54,051 nt of DNA from a virus (taxonomy: Duplodnaviria; Caudoviricetes). The stretch is from positions 1 to 54,051 of IMG/VR virus record IMGVR_UViG_3300025137_000052; one strand, written 5' to 3'. The translations under genes were made by a program, and so were the position numbers. The notes under the pieces were generated by a model, which saw only the letters and a program-made list of their open reading frames with translations, did no database searches and had not been told where the DNA came from. Of this stretch, positions 7,653 to 17,920 are shown piece by piece (within the stretch, counting starts at the first letter, position 1; each line of letters starts with the position of its first letter).

Positions 7653-8717
7653 TTAAGTCTTAGCTCCAGCTGATAGTGGAGTAGCGTTACACATGTGTCC
7701 ACCCAACGAACTGTCATCAACTTCAGTATATATGTAATTAATAACAAGTCCAGCGTTCGATGAATCACCCTCAGTTATTCTATCATCATTCATTATAACC
7801 TGACCAATGTTACCTGGCCCACCAATTACACCTGTAGCGGTCTCATTTCTAGTAAATATAAAGCCGACTGTACCATCAGAAACATTTACAGTATCTGGGT
7901 ATAGAGGTGTAAGAGTTCCTAGTGTAAGTAGTGTGCTTATACTTTCAGAAGCACTGGCACTATCACTAGGTGCTGTGCTTACAGTTATTGAATTTACAGC
8001 ATCTGATGGTGTAGAACTATCAGCCTTAACTATACTTGGCTGTAATACTGGTGCATCAGAGACTGATATAGAATCTGTTTTCCCTTGCGGGGTAATTGTT
8101 TTAGCGTCAGACTCGGAAGCAGACGCAGAATCCGTTTTAACTATACTAGCACTTTTAACATCTACCTCAGATACAGACGCTGAATCACTAGGATTAGTAC
8201 CTATAGCTTTTGTGTTAACCGATTCAGATGGCGTTACACTATCACTTTGAGGTATATTAGGCTGTAATGATGGTGAATCAGAAGCTGATGCAGAATCTGT
8301 CCTACTTGTAGTAAATGTTTTAGCATCAGATTCAGACACATTTATAGGATCTGGGTCTATATCATCATCACTTATATCAAAATCAACAGAAGAATTTATT
8401 ATCTTATTAGGAGTATCTGACACAGATACTGAGTCAGACTTGACAATACTAATACTAAATACCTGAGTCCCGTCAGCTGGTGTAACATTATCAAACTTAC
8501 CTAACTCTGGCACGACATTAGGTGAATCACTTACACCTATTGAATCTACATGCTTGCGAGTAGGTATTAATTCAAATGCTTTTATACCTAATTGAGACGT
8601 ATTTACTGTAGCCGATATCTTATTGCTATCACTAACTACAGAACTAACACTATTAACACTAACGCTAAAAGATATAGCCGTTGCGGCAATAGCAGATACA
8701 AGTCTGATGTTAGCCAT
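7653..8717 (-). CDS. Ser/Asp-rich repeat fibre-like structural protein
   Basis: Many ~18-19-aa repeats with a [ST]DS[AV]SxS[DE] core. Confidence 0.7.
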   Translation of the reverse strand: MANIRLVSAIAATAISFSVSVNSVSSVVSDSNKISATVNTSQLGIKAFELIPTRKHVDSIGVSDSPNVVPELGKFDNVTPADGTQVFSISIVKSDSVSVSDTPNKIINSSVDFDISDDDIDPDPINVSESDAKTFTTSRTDSASASDSPSLQPNIPQSDSVTPSESVNTKAIGTNPSDSASVSEVDVKSASIVKTDSASASESDAKTITPQGKTDSISVSDAPVLQPSIVKADSSTPSDAVNSITVSTAPSDSASASESISTLLTLGTLTPLYPDTVNVSDGTVGFIFTRNETATGVIGGPGNIGQVIMNDDRITEGDSSNAGLVINYIYTEVDDSSLGGHMCNATPLSAGAKT

Positions 8718-9049
8718 TAGAAATTACTTCTTACTCTAAATTTTAATAAATCATAGACAGTATGAATACTGCCATCAAAACTAACTACTATCTCACCTTC
8801 ATATGAGCCTTCATCAACATCTAAGACACTACTAGCAAAGTTAAATTGAATTTTACCATCAGAACCATCTGTTGTTTTACCACAAGTTATTGTAGATAAA
8901 ACTGTTGTAGTGCCTGTAGCTCTAAACTTTACAGATACCGAAGTAGTACTTGCTGATAAATCTAATGCAGTATTAGCTACATCATCATTTAACGTTAGTT
9001 GAATAAGCGGTAGCTCATCTCCTTTTACTAATCTAATTACATCTGCCAT
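8717..9049 (-). CDS. Virion protein, BppU N-terminal-like Ig fold
   Basis: LVKGDELP…DLS…GKIQF…GSYEGEI…FRVR pattern. Confidence 0.6.
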   Translation of the reverse strand: MADVIRLVKGDELPLIQLTLNDDVANTALDLSASTTSVSVKFRATGTTTVLSTITCGKTTDGSDGKIQFNFASSVLDVDEGSYEGEIVVSFDGSIHTVYDLLKFRVRSNF

Positions 9050-9054
9050 ATCTA

Positions 9055-9708
9055 TTACCCAAATGGTTGCCCTTGAACTCTCATAGATGCTCTTCCCGCA
9101 CCTAAGTTAGCTCTAGCTCTACGCTCCGATAATTTAAAAGCAAACTGCTTTGCATGATACGAAGCTAATTCTCTATCACTCCAACTATTATCAGGTAATA
9201 CTAATAAATGTTGTAGTGCTCCATGCATAATAACATTTTCTAATTCATCTAAAACTGTTTTATCCATACTCGTTGCCGTTCTTAGCGGCTTTAAACACAC
9301 AATCATACGTACATCATACGCTGTACTACTATCAGGTACGGGTGCTACAGAAAAATGATCTGGATCTAACTGTGTTATATACCTAGGTTTAGCTCTATTT
9401 TCAGTAGGTTGGTTAGGCCATTTAGGATATAAATCATATATTTTATCTAATGTAACAGGCACTAATGTCTCATCATTAACCGTAGCTGTAATAAATGCGT
9501 GTACTTCAGATTGAGTTGGGCATTCATATTCATAATCATGACTCCCTACAACTAAACGTATTCGTGGTTGTTCGTACCGCCACGCAAGAGTACGTTCACA
9601 CGCCTCTATTGCTGCATCACGTACATAGTTTTCTACTACAGGAGTAGGACAACCTGGTACGCTAGGTAATAATCTATTAACAATATCTGAAAAATTCCTT
9701 GTAGCCAT
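9055..9708 (-). CDS. Head-tail adaptor-like protein
   Basis: LPSVPGCP…AAIEACERT…W motif; located downstream of the capsid genes. Confidence 0.65.
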   Translation of the reverse strand: MATRNFSDIVNRLLPSVPGCPTPVVENYVRDAAIEACERTLAWRYEQPRIRLVVGSHDYEYECPTQSEVHAFITATVNDETLVPVTLDKIYDLYPKWPNQPTENRAKPRYITQLDPDHFSVAPVPDSSTAYDVRMIVCLKPLRTATSMDKTVLDELENVIMHGALQHLLVLPDNSWSDRELASYHAKQFAFKLSERRARANLGAGRASMRVQGQPFG

Positions 9709-10373
9709 TATGTGAGGTCCTCCTCAATCTTTTGTTTATTTACTGGCTGTAAACCTCCAGCTTCTGTATCTGTAAATATTCTATTAGAAGCTGAAACACC
9801 TAGTGCTTGAGTAAATGATTTTAAAAACAATTCAGCTCTACCTGAATTAACATGTTCATTATCAACAGATTCTGCTAAATATACCGTACCATCTACAATA
9901 GCTGGTAAAAAAGCATCAGGTAGTAAAGCTACTGCTGTTGTTCCATCATACACTGGTGGGGACTGTGAATACTCTACAACTAATGTTTGATTAGCTGGAG
10001 CTTTTGGGTATATAAAAAATTTGTTGGGGTTTCTAGTATGCCTCATAAAATTTCTACAGGCACCTGCTGTATCATTAATCCATTGTGGATATGATTGATC
10101 TAGTATCTCTCTATTAGTTTCTGTAATTCCATCTCCACCTTGTACAGAAAATACTTCTATTAATCTTATAGAATCAGTAGGTGTAGATTGTAGTACTGCA
10201 TTTTCGGTACACGCAACTGTACCCATAAAAGCAAATAAATCTGGTCTTAATACCGAAGTTCGTTTAAGAGCTTGGTTTGCAAACCCTAGTAGTACTGTAT
10301 CAGAATATCGCTGAGGAGCATTCTCATCCTGCAGCAATCTTCTAACTTCAGTAATGACATCATTTAAAATCAT
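9708..10373 (-). CDS. Head-tail adaptor-like protein (DUF6682-like)
   Basis: VITEVRRLLQD…RYSD…LRPD…FFIYP pattern. Confidence 0.65.
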   Translation of the reverse strand: MILNDVITEVRRLLQDENAPQRYSDTVLLGFANQALKRTSVLRPDLFAFMGTVACTENAVLQSTPTDSIRLIEVFSVQGGDGITETNREILDQSYPQWINDTAGACRNFMRHTRNPNKFFIYPKAPANQTLVVEYSQSPPVYDGTTAVALLPDAFLPAIVDGTVYLAESVDNEHVNSGRAELFLKSFTQALGVSASNRIFTDTEAGGLQPVNKQKIEEDLT

Positions 10374-10630
10374 TTCGGTGTGTCTATCCCTTTAGTTGCT
10401 TCTTCAGCTAACTCTATGTTAACAGCTTTTTCATCTTCAGGAATCACTTCTGTCTTTAAATTAACTTTAGTTTTTCTCCCTTTTTGTTTCTTAGGTAAAA
10501 ATTTTTCTGGAAAAGCCTGTTCTTCAGTCACTTCTTCAGTTAGTGGATTCTCAGCTAGTATCTCGTTCCAGCCATATATCTCACCATCTTTTATATTTCT
10601 TAACCATTTTCCCGCCATTTTTCTCTCCAT
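10370..10630 (-). CDS. Hypothetical protein
   Basis: Coupled ORF; likely start at MAGKWLR after the ggag SD. Confidence 0.65.
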   Translation of the reverse strand: MERKMAGKWLRNIKDGEIYGWNEILAENPLTEEVTEEQAFPEKFLPKKQKGRKTKVNLKTEVIPEDEKAVNIELAEEATKGIDTPK

Positions 10631-10638
10631 TTAGACAA

Positions 10639-10663
10639 TCGGGGGGTTAAAGTTACCCCCCGA
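10639..10663 (-). terminator. GC-rich hairpin after the capsid genes (probably a leaky terminator)
   Basis: tcggggggt…accccccga 9-bp stem; weak U-tract. Confidence 0.6.
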
Positions 10664-10678
10664 CCTTACTATTTTATA

Positions 10679-11146
10679 TTATGAACAATCAGCGATAACT
10701 GCCCAAACTTTGATTTTAGCCAAATCAGTTACAGCACCTGATACGCCGATAAGCATATCAATAGTATCTGCAGCCGCAAAATAATGGCTGTTATTATCTC
10801 CGTTTAAAAGTGCACCGTTTGATGATGTAGTTCCTGCTGCATTAGCATTCCCTCCATCAATAAACCCATCAACATCACCACCAGTTAAACCGATGTCAAA
10901 TGTAGATGCTGCACCTTCAGCAGTCATAGTTGTTGCCCCAACAGCCATCACTACTGTGTTAGCTGGTATAGAAAGTACTTGGAGAGAATCACCAGTTGCA
11001 AGTGCTGTTGCACCCGCTGTGACTCTAGCTGCCGTAATTTCAGCGAAGTCTAAAGTAACTTCAATATAGCCGACTCTGTTAATTCCTTTAGCAGGGTGTG
11101 CTGCAGAACCTTTATCAAAGCCATGCGTATCTGTATATGCCGCCAT
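10679..11146 (-). CDS. Capsid decoration/minor capsid protein
   Basis: Ala/Gly/Thr-rich, immediately after the MCP, strong SD (aggagg). Confidence 0.7.
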   Translation of the reverse strand: MAAYTDTHGFDKGSAAHPAKGINRVGYIEVTLDFAEITAARVTAGATALATGDSLQVLSIPANTVVMAVGATTMTAEGAASTFDIGLTGGDVDGFIDGGNANAAGTTSSNGALLNGDNNSHYFAAADTIDMLIGVSGAVTDLAKIKVWAVIADCS

Positions 11147-11158
11147 GTTAGCCTCCTA

Positions 11159-12064
11159 TTAAACAGTAACAATCATTGTAGCAAGAGCTTCAGGTTTAAC
11201 GACTTTATAACCGTAAACTTGAAGACCACGAATGATGTTCCCGAAAGTTGTTTCTGAACGGATTGTTTCCATATTTGTCATTTGTGACGCAAATGTAAAC
11301 CCCATTGTGTGTCCACCGATTACGCTGAACTCACTTCCGCTCTTAAGTAGGTTATGACTTACATATACTGTAAATCTATCAATCATACCTAGACGACCAT
11401 TTCTTAATGGTGAGTTTCCATCACCAGTAATAGATGCATCTTTAAGATCTGATTGCTTGATTAAGCCCGCCATCTTAGCAGGTATTACAAGAAAACGCCC
11501 TGACTCAGGACAGTTAGCTTCATCAAGAACTGTACCGATATCTACAATCTTACCAATTACGTTTGAAGTAGTAAGTGCTTCTGGGGTACCTGCTACACCA
11601 AGGTCGATATCACCAGAGATTGCTCCAGCTGATGTTCCTTTGTTACTAGCATGTACATCAGGTAACAAATCAGTCAATACTCTTTGATCAATTTTAATCT
11701 TCATACGCTCTGAAGCGTCTTTAGACCACTGATCCATCATACCGATATCTGATTGTACTTCATCTACATCGTCTTCAACACAAGCGAAGTATTCGCCTTT
11801 GTCGATTAGCAATTGTAATTTTGCTTTGTTTGGATTTTCAACTGCTAAAGTTTGACCTTTAACATATGTTTTAATTGTTATTTCAGGTGTTGTGCGGATG
11901 TTAACCGTATCACCCATGTTACGAATTTCACCTTCGTAGTCAGTGTTTGAGATTGCTGATAATACTGTCGCATCATAGAAATTCTCAATCAACTTGCCAG
12001 ACCATATTTCAGGTATAAAGTTACCTGTATACGTAGGATGACCTGGTGATGTTGCAAAAGCCAT
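11159..12064 (-). CDS. Major capsid protein (HK97 fold, P22-coat-like)
   Basis: FIPEIWSGKL…NTDYEGEI…GDTVNI…RGLQVYGYKVVKPEAL motifs; follows the scaffold gene. Confidence 0.9.
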   Translation of the reverse strand: MAFATSPGHPTYTGNFIPEIWSGKLIENFYDATVLSAISNTDYEGEIRNMGDTVNIRTTPEITIKTYVKGQTLAVENPNKAKLQLLIDKGEYFACVEDDVDEVQSDIGMMDQWSKDASERMKIKIDQRVLTDLLPDVHASNKGTSAGAISGDIDLGVAGTPEALTTSNVIGKIVDIGTVLDEANCPESGRFLVIPAKMAGLIKQSDLKDASITGDGNSPLRNGRLGMIDRFTVYVSHNLLKSGSEFSVIGGHTMGFTFASQMTNMETIRSETTFGNIIRGLQVYGYKVVKPEALATMIVTV

Positions 12065-12084
12065 AATAGTCTCCTTTTTTGCTA

Positions 12085-13113
12085 TTAATTAACTATGCGA
12101 TTTTCTCGCTGTGCAGCGAAAATATCACGTTCTTTTCTACTACGTTCATCTTCCCTACCTTTATATTTACCCGTTCTAACATCTTTGAAAAATTTCTCAA
12201 TGTCTTGCGGCGTATATGTTTTGGCATCATTAGACACAGGTTGTCCAGAACGTCCTCGCCCTGGGGAAACTTGTTTTTCTAATTCAGATTTAGTAGCCCT
12301 TTTATCACGAGCACTATCATCGTTACCACTATTTCCTACAAAAGCTTTAAAGAATTGTATTACCCTACCTGATTCTAGTTTACGCTGTGCGTCTTCTAGA
12401 TAAGTTTGGCGTGCTATACCTGTTAGAGGATCTATCTCTAGGAGCCATGATTGAAAATCTGGATCACTATTTACTTCGTTCCAATTAGGTACTTCATGGT
12501 TTAAAGCGTCCCAGAACTGTTTTTCAGAGTTAGACTTTTGTTGTTGTTGGACTTGTTGTACTTGTGGTACAACTCCTCTCAACTTAGCTATCTCTTGTTC
12601 CAGTTGAGCTACACGACCCATTTGTCCTGATAACTCTTCCTTTGCTGCTTTACGCATGATTTCAATAGAATCACCATACTCTTCAATGTCGCTGTCAGTT
12701 ATTAACTTATCAGCTACTACTGGTTCTGCAGGTTTTTCTTGTTTATTCATGGTGCCTAGCAAAGATTCTAACTGAGATACACGGCTGTTTAACTCTCTGT
12801 TCTGTGCATTTAAACTTGGAACTTCCTTGTTATACATACCCTGTAGTGTTCTATACTTTTGTTGCCACGATTCTTTTTTAACTTCTGTGCCTGGTTCACT
12901 GTGCTCTTCAGTTTCAGACTTGGTTACCTGCTCATCTACACTGTCGGTCTGCGACTCAGCAGCTACTTCAGGGGAAGCCTCAACTTGTTTTTCTTCAGGT
13001 GTATTCTCTCCTGAATCTAAACCAGCGTTAGATTCTACTGTTTCGTTATTGAGTTCTTTATACAATGCTTGTACATCCTCAGACTGTTTTTGAACTTGTT
13101 TTGGTAATGACAT
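12085..13113 (-). CDS. Capsid scaffolding protein
   Basis: Acidic, coiled-coil protein between portal and MCP; WQQKYRTLQGMY motif. Confidence 0.75.
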   Translation of the reverse strand: MSLPKQVQKQSEDVQALYKELNNETVESNAGLDSGENTPEEKQVEASPEVAAESQTDSVDEQVTKSETEEHSEPGTEVKKESWQQKYRTLQGMYNKEVPSLNAQNRELNSRVSQLESLLGTMNKQEKPAEPVVADKLITDSDIEEYGDSIEIMRKAAKEELSGQMGRVAQLEQEIAKLRGVVPQVQQVQQQQKSNSEKQFWDALNHEVPNWNEVNSDPDFQSWLLEIDPLTGIARQTYLEDAQRKLESGRVIQFFKAFVGNSGNDDSARDKRATKSELEKQVSPGRGRSGQPVSNDAKTYTPQDIEKFFKDVRTGKYKGREDERSRKERDIFAAQRENRIVN

Positions 13114-13155
13114 AATGTTTCGCTCCTATCGGTGTGCGTTAATCAACAGCTGTCC

Positions 13156-13371
13156 TCATGACTTTGCTGCAGTTTCAGGGGACTCTTTTATTAAGGTGTA
13201 AATTTCTTTCAGAACCTGACACCGCCCCTGTGCAAGTGAAACGTTCTGAGTAACATTAGGTAGCTGCTTTAACTCATGGTCTAACCATCCCTCTAACCAA
13301 TCCAATGCTTGAGGGTGTTGGCGTGCCAATACGGCTAAAGCCTTAATAACTTCTGGCTCTGGTCTAATCAA
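13156..13371 (-). CDS. Hypothetical protein between portal and scaffold
   Basis: AQGRCQVL motif; ATGA overlap with the portal stop. Confidence 0.7.
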   Translation of the reverse strand: MIRPEPEVIKALAVLARQHPQALDWLEGWLDHELKQLPNVTQNVSLAQGRCQVLKEIYTLIKESPETAAKS

Positions 13372-15401
13372 GACTTACCTCCAGTGTTACGGTTACTAAC
13401 TGTGTTTGCTTCCATTCCTCCTTTAGGGGAACCATCTGGCTGGGTTGGTGTTGGAGATTGCTGTGCTTGTTCAGCCGCAAACTCTTTAGCCATCCTAGTC
13501 TGGTAACTTCCTTTCTCCCTTGATGGAATGATATCATCCACAGGCATCTGCAAACTTTTAGCCACTTCTCGAAGTATCGAGGCACGACCTTCCTTACCAA
13601 CAATGCTCATATCAACTTCGTTGGCGGTTGCGTTAAGAAATTCTATACGGCGAAGGTTAACAGTTTCTTTAACTGCGAGATTAACTGCACCTTTCGGTAG
13701 TATCTCAACATCGCCTTTAATTGATTCATCTTCATCATATCGCATATTGTATACAAATTGTCTATGTACAATAGGCTTTATGACATCAGAATCTATATGC
13801 ATAACTACTTGACGTATACCTTTCCCTGCTGAACCCATCAACATAGAAAGTCCTGATGCTGTACGACCAGCACCTTTTACATTCAAATCGCCATATACAT
13901 ACGACGGTATACCTGAATGATCGTCAGCTAGTTTACTAAATCTTTCGTACACACCCATTAGTGTGTTTGCATTATCATTTGGTTGGTTAAACCTAACAGC
14001 AGGAGCACTTGATCCTAGTGGGTCATTAGTTACTTGCCATATTTTCCATGGGTGCATTTGTGTAATGTCTTCGTTAGGTGGAATCCTTTCTAGGTTAACT
14101 TCAACTTGCGGCCCACTTGATATAGCCATGTTATTAACTAAAGCACGAGCTGCTGCATTACATATGTTTTGTAAATCTTCTATAATTTCTGGTATGCCTT
14201 TACCCCAGAATGCTCCTGGGCATTTAATAAATGAAGTTTTAGCATACGGTTTTTCACCTAGTGGGTCGTAGTTTAGTACAGCTTTGATAACATAATTACC
14301 TACCATCCATACATTTGTATCATACTCACGAGCTTCATCAGGTACGTCTTCTTCAGTTAAACCCCATTCGATTAGCATTTTACCACTAACCTTACCCCAA
14401 AATTCTATTGCGTCGTAAACTTCTGTAGGTCTGTCAAATGAATGAAACTTTCTTTCTTCATCATCTTTAGCTAGCTCTACATCTTCTGATATCCACGAAC
14501 TACCATTACCATACTCTAATACTTTTCTAATTGCATCGTCGTCATATCCTGGTACACCTATTAAATCTGCTAATTCTGTACGACTAAGTGGGTGATGCTC
14601 AAACAAATACCCATCATTGATATGAGTAATTCCAGGTTCTGGGTATATTCTAAATGGATCAACACGCTCAAACTCTGGTGCAATTATCTCATCAGCTTCT
14701 ACTGTTGTATTACCCATCTCATCTTTTATATAACTTAGTTTTCTTTGTCTGCGAACTATAGGTCCTTTGACAAAAGCACATGGGTAAGTTACTAAATCTG
14801 TAATAAAATCATTAAACGACTCTGCCCAACCTCCTTGTGCAAACTGATCAGATATCTTTGTCTTCATAGAATTAGCTCTATTTTCAGCTGCCTGTAATAA
14901 TTTAAATCTAAATTGTTGAGCTACCATTTCTCTAAGCTCTTCCATCTTAGATGGATCTGGTGCTTGACCTTCAAGCTCTACTATCTTTACAACTTCAGCT
15001 GCAAAACTATTTTCTATTTCTTGTAAGTGACTAGGTTCTAAATCAGGTATAGGAGTTGACTGTAAATCCCATGGTGGTGTACCAGTCTCTAATAGAATAT
15101 CACGAAGCCAGCTTTCTGCTGCTCTACACTTGACTTCAGTAATCATCATGTAAACATCAGAGCCGCCTTGCTGTTTAATTTGATTAAGCTTATCTGCTTC
15201 ATACTCTCCGTTTCTTTGACGAAGTCCTCGAAGCATAATATTTTCTATGGGTTTTTTAGCACGTTTAGCTGCATCCCAGCACTCACGCAAGTGAGAAGCC
15301 AAGCCCAAGATCAAAGGTTCATTCTGTCGTTCTTCTAAATCTTTGTCTGTCTGAGCTTTCTCTTGTTTACGAAGAGCCTCATTATCCATTATCTGTAGCA
15401 T
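13368..15401 (-). CDS. Portal protein
   Basis: 677 aa, downstream of terL; FWGKGIPE…Q…N…R…NN and RTASGLSMLM portal-type motifs. Confidence 0.85.
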   Translation of the reverse strand: MLQIMDNEALRKQEKAQTDKDLEERQNEPLILGLASHLRECWDAAKRAKKPIENIMLRGLRQRNGEYEADKLNQIKQQGGSDVYMMITEVKCRAAESWLRDILLETGTPPWDLQSTPIPDLEPSHLQEIENSFAAEVVKIVELEGQAPDPSKMEELREMVAQQFRFKLLQAAENRANSMKTKISDQFAQGGWAESFNDFITDLVTYPCAFVKGPIVRRQRKLSYIKDEMGNTTVEADEIIAPEFERVDPFRIYPEPGITHINDGYLFEHHPLSRTELADLIGVPGYDDDAIRKVLEYGNGSSWISEDVELAKDDEERKFHSFDRPTEVYDAIEFWGKVSGKMLIEWGLTEEDVPDEAREYDTNVWMVGNYVIKAVLNYDPLGEKPYAKTSFIKCPGAFWGKGIPEIIEDLQNICNAAARALVNNMAISSGPQVEVNLERIPPNEDITQMHPWKIWQVTNDPLGSSAPAVRFNQPNDNANTLMGVYERFSKLADDHSGIPSYVYGDLNVKGAGRTASGLSMLMGSAGKGIRQVVMHIDSDVIKPIVHRQFVYNMRYDEDESIKGDVEILPKGAVNLAVKETVNLRRIEFLNATANEVDMSIVGKEGRASILREVAKSLQMPVDDIIPSREKGSYQTRMAKEFAAEQAQQSPTPTQPDGSPKGGMEANTVSNRNTGGKS

Positions 15402-15404
15402 AAT

Positions 15405-15701
15405 TTATTTTGGTTTTGCTTTATCTTTTGTAGGGTTCAAACCTAAGTGTGGTTCTGTATCACTTAATTTTTTATAGTCCATACCTAAAACCCTTTTAAG
15501 AACATTCCTAGTACCACCAAGTGTTACGGGAGCAATTGGGTTATCAACTGTAGTCCTATTACCAGCCATAAAAGTTTCACCATAAGACTCTTCTTTTTTA
15601 GTAACAGTCTTACCGTCTTTATATTCTTTTGTTTCTACAAGACCACCTTTCTCGTATTTTTTAATGGTATAATTTTTATGTCCTTTCATAACCACCTCCA
15701 A
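15405..15701 (-). CDS. Hypothetical basic protein with GG motif
   Basis: SD ggagg precedes MKGHKNY (likely true start); contains KYEKGGLV. Confidence 0.65.
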   Translation of the reverse strand: MEVVMKGHKNYTIKKYEKGGLVETKEYKDGKTVTKKEESYGETFMAGNRTTVDNPIAPVTLGGTRNVLKRVLGMDYKKLSDTEPHLGLNPTKDKAKPK

Positions 15702-15750
15702 TTATCTTCGAGTATATACTTAATTGTCATGTTTATACAACTAAAATAGG

Positions 15751-15781
15751 ACTCCTGCTCGGGAGTAAATCAAGCAGGAGT
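15751..15781 (-). terminator. Hairpin downstream of terL (terminator or processing site)
   Basis: Minus-strand actcctgcttg/cgagcaggagt 11-bp stem with one G-U pair. Confidence 0.5.
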
Positions 15782-15853
15782 TGAGTGAAAGATAATTATG
15801 AGAGGAAAAATTCATAATTATAGCCGCAAATATGAAAGCTTGTTTCTAGCATA

Positions 15854-17230
15854 TCAAGTCCAACCGCCTGCTGCAATAGGTTTTATATCTCTTTTCTTAG
15901 TTATTATTCCATCGGACACACTATTTACATGTAGCATTAAGTACTGTAAGCCTTCAGCTACGTGTGAATGTTTATTCTTTTCTATGTTTCCGTTCTTCTT
16001 ATGAAACCTGTATCCACCCATCATTGCAGCTTTTAGTCTTGTACATCTCGGATCTAATAGAAATGCTGAGTCACCATCTACTTGACGCATAAGGAAATCA
16101 TCTACCGCTGATAGTCTAGCCGATACATTATTAGTTCTAGCTGGCATAACTCTAAGTCCTTCAGCTTTAATTATATCTACAGCCGAACGCTCATCAGTCT
16201 GAGCTCGTTGTATACCTGCAGGATCTGATATAACAAGTATTGGTGCTCCTGAAAATCTTTCTGTAAGCAATGGCTTTAGTACAGTTCTTATAAATCGTTG
16301 TATACCCATATCAAAGCTTACAGCTTCGTCTAGTATAAGAACTCTACCTCGTGGGTCTTGCTGTCCTATAACAGCTGCAGGTGTTAGCCCTAAATCCATT
16401 CCGATAATAATTGGTCTAACGCCATTCATTATAGGTTGTAAAGTTTCGTTCGCCATATGATAGTCAGGTCTGAAATACTTATACACTGGTTGCCCAGCTG
16501 TGCTTAACCCATATTCCCCATCAATGTAAACTCTTACATATTCATCTGATCTACCTTGTGTATCGTAGTAACCTTCAGGTAGGTTCTCTGTATTTTCTGC
16601 ATCAACGCTTCTACCTGATGGTTGCTTGAATACGTCCCACCCATTATCGTTCGGACTGACTCCATCTGTGGAGTCAAGATGTTCCATTTGATAATACCAC
16701 CACGTATCCATAGTGGGAGGGTTAGTATCCCCCCACATCCCGAACCAAGAAGGACCACCATCTTTAGCAGATGGGAAACGACCAATACGTTTTGACATAG
16801 CATCTACAATGTCTGGGTTTATATCCCGACACTCATTAAACCATGCAAATGTTAATTCTAGCGAGTTCAGGTTTGCTACATCATCTGAATCATCGAGTGC
16901 CCTGAACATAATCTCACACTCAACATCTCCTACTCTTAAGAAGTAAGTTTTAGTTGTTCTCATGTATTCGCCACATACACCAGGTGGGAACCAATCATGA
17001 AATGTTTTTATTGTTGTATCTTGTAGTTGCCTAGCTGTCTCACGAACTATGGCTACCCTTGATTTTCTTATACCTTGCTTGTTGGGTTTTTGCATAGACG
17101 CTCGTCTGACCACTTCAAAACAACTGGCTACTGATTTACCAGAACCTACAGGCCCCATCAGTACACGCATCTTACTGTCAGATACCATAAAGTTTTTACA
17201 AACTCTAGTGGGTGTATAGTCTATTTCCAT
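15854..17230 (-). CDS. terL: Terminase large subunit
   Basis: Walker A GPVGSGKS, Walker B variant AWFNE, motif III DTNPP, nuclease IIIGMDLG. Confidence 0.92.
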   Translation of the reverse strand: MEIDYTPTRVCKNFMVSDSKMRVLMGPVGSGKSVASCFEVVRRASMQKPNKQGIRKSRVAIVRETARQLQDTTIKTFHDWFPPGVCGEYMRTTKTYFLRVGDVECEIMFRALDDSDDVANLNSLELTFAWFNECRDINPDIVDAMSKRIGRFPSAKDGGPSWFGMWGDTNPPTMDTWWYYQMEHLDSTDGVSPNDNGWDVFKQPSGRSVDAENTENLPEGYYDTQGRSDEYVRVYIDGEYGLSTAGQPVYKYFRPDYHMANETLQPIMNGVRPIIIGMDLGLTPAAVIGQQDPRGRVLILDEAVSFDMGIQRFIRTVLKPLLTERFSGAPILVISDPAGIQRAQTDERSAVDIIKAEGLRVMPARTNNVSARLSAVDDFLMRQVDGDSAFLLDPRCTRLKAAMMGGYRFHKKNGNIEKNKHSHVAEGLQYLMLHVNSVSDGIITKKRDIKPIAAGGWT

Positions 17231-17437
17231 TTAGCCCTCGTAGTTTTCTAACAAAATAACAAAATACTCTGTCGGTTTTTTCTTATGCCTAACTATCTTT
17301 GTATCGTATGAGATCGACAGCTGCATTAGTTCTGCTGTAAATTTATTATACTCATGTAACGTATATATTCTTCTTGCCAATTTACCTTTATGTATAGTAT
17401 CAAAGGGCTCGCTCAGCCTCGATAAGTTCATGTTCAT
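17231..17437 (-). CDS. Hypothetical protein between terS and terL
   Basis: Part of track ORF 17231..17515; likely start at MNMNLSRL. Confidence 0.55.
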   Translation of the reverse strand: MNMNLSRLSEPFDTIHKGKLARRIYTLHEYNKFTAELMQLSISYDTKIVRHKKKPTEYFVILLENYEG

Positions 17438-17885
17438 CTGGGCTTTCTTCAGTGTTGACAACTCTTGTTGTGTGTTCTTGCCCCCCGAGATTAATTGTAA
17501 TTTTAACTCCTCCACTACTTTCCTCCATGGTTGTATTCTTTGCTTCTAGCCCACCCCATTTTACTGTGGACTTTATAAGATCTGCTTTAACAGCTGATGA
17601 TGTTTCTGGACTGTGGATTAGTGTCCATGATGTTGTTAGTAATTCTTCTGCTTGTGCTCTAGCTTTAAGCTTAAAGGTCATACCTTTTTCTTGAATCTCA
17701 CTGCGGTACGACGATACTTTTTTTAAAAAGACTTTATCTTTATTGAATCCGATTAGATCATCTGCAGTTATGTTATGGCGTGTACGTACTTCATCTAAAG
17801 TCTCACCACTACCTTCTAACATCAAAGCTATATCAAATGCTAAACGATCAGACCACTTGGTATGTTTTAACGGGAGCGTATCCAT
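17400..17885 (-). CDS. terS: Terminase small subunit (putative)
   Basis: First gene of the packaging operon, helical, ending in a GGVKITINLG strand. Likely start MDTLPL at 17885; the track start is 17909. Confidence 0.6.
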   Translation of the reverse strand: MDTLPLKHTKWSDRLAFDIALMLEGSGETLDEVRTRHNITADDLIGFNKDKVFLKKVSSYRSEIQEKGMTFKLKARAQAEELLTTSWTLIHSPETSSAVKADLIKSTVKWGGLEAKNTTMEESSGGVKITINLGGQEHTTRVVNTEESPDEHELIEAERAL

Positions 17886-17891
17886 AATGGA

Positions 17892-17920
17892 ATGATTAAG
17901 TAAAATCAACAGGTTGTCAA
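17892..17920 (-). promoter_or_regulatory. Putative sigma70-like promoter for the late operon
   Basis: TTGACA (17920-17915), 17-nt spacer, AATCAT. Confidence 0.4.
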
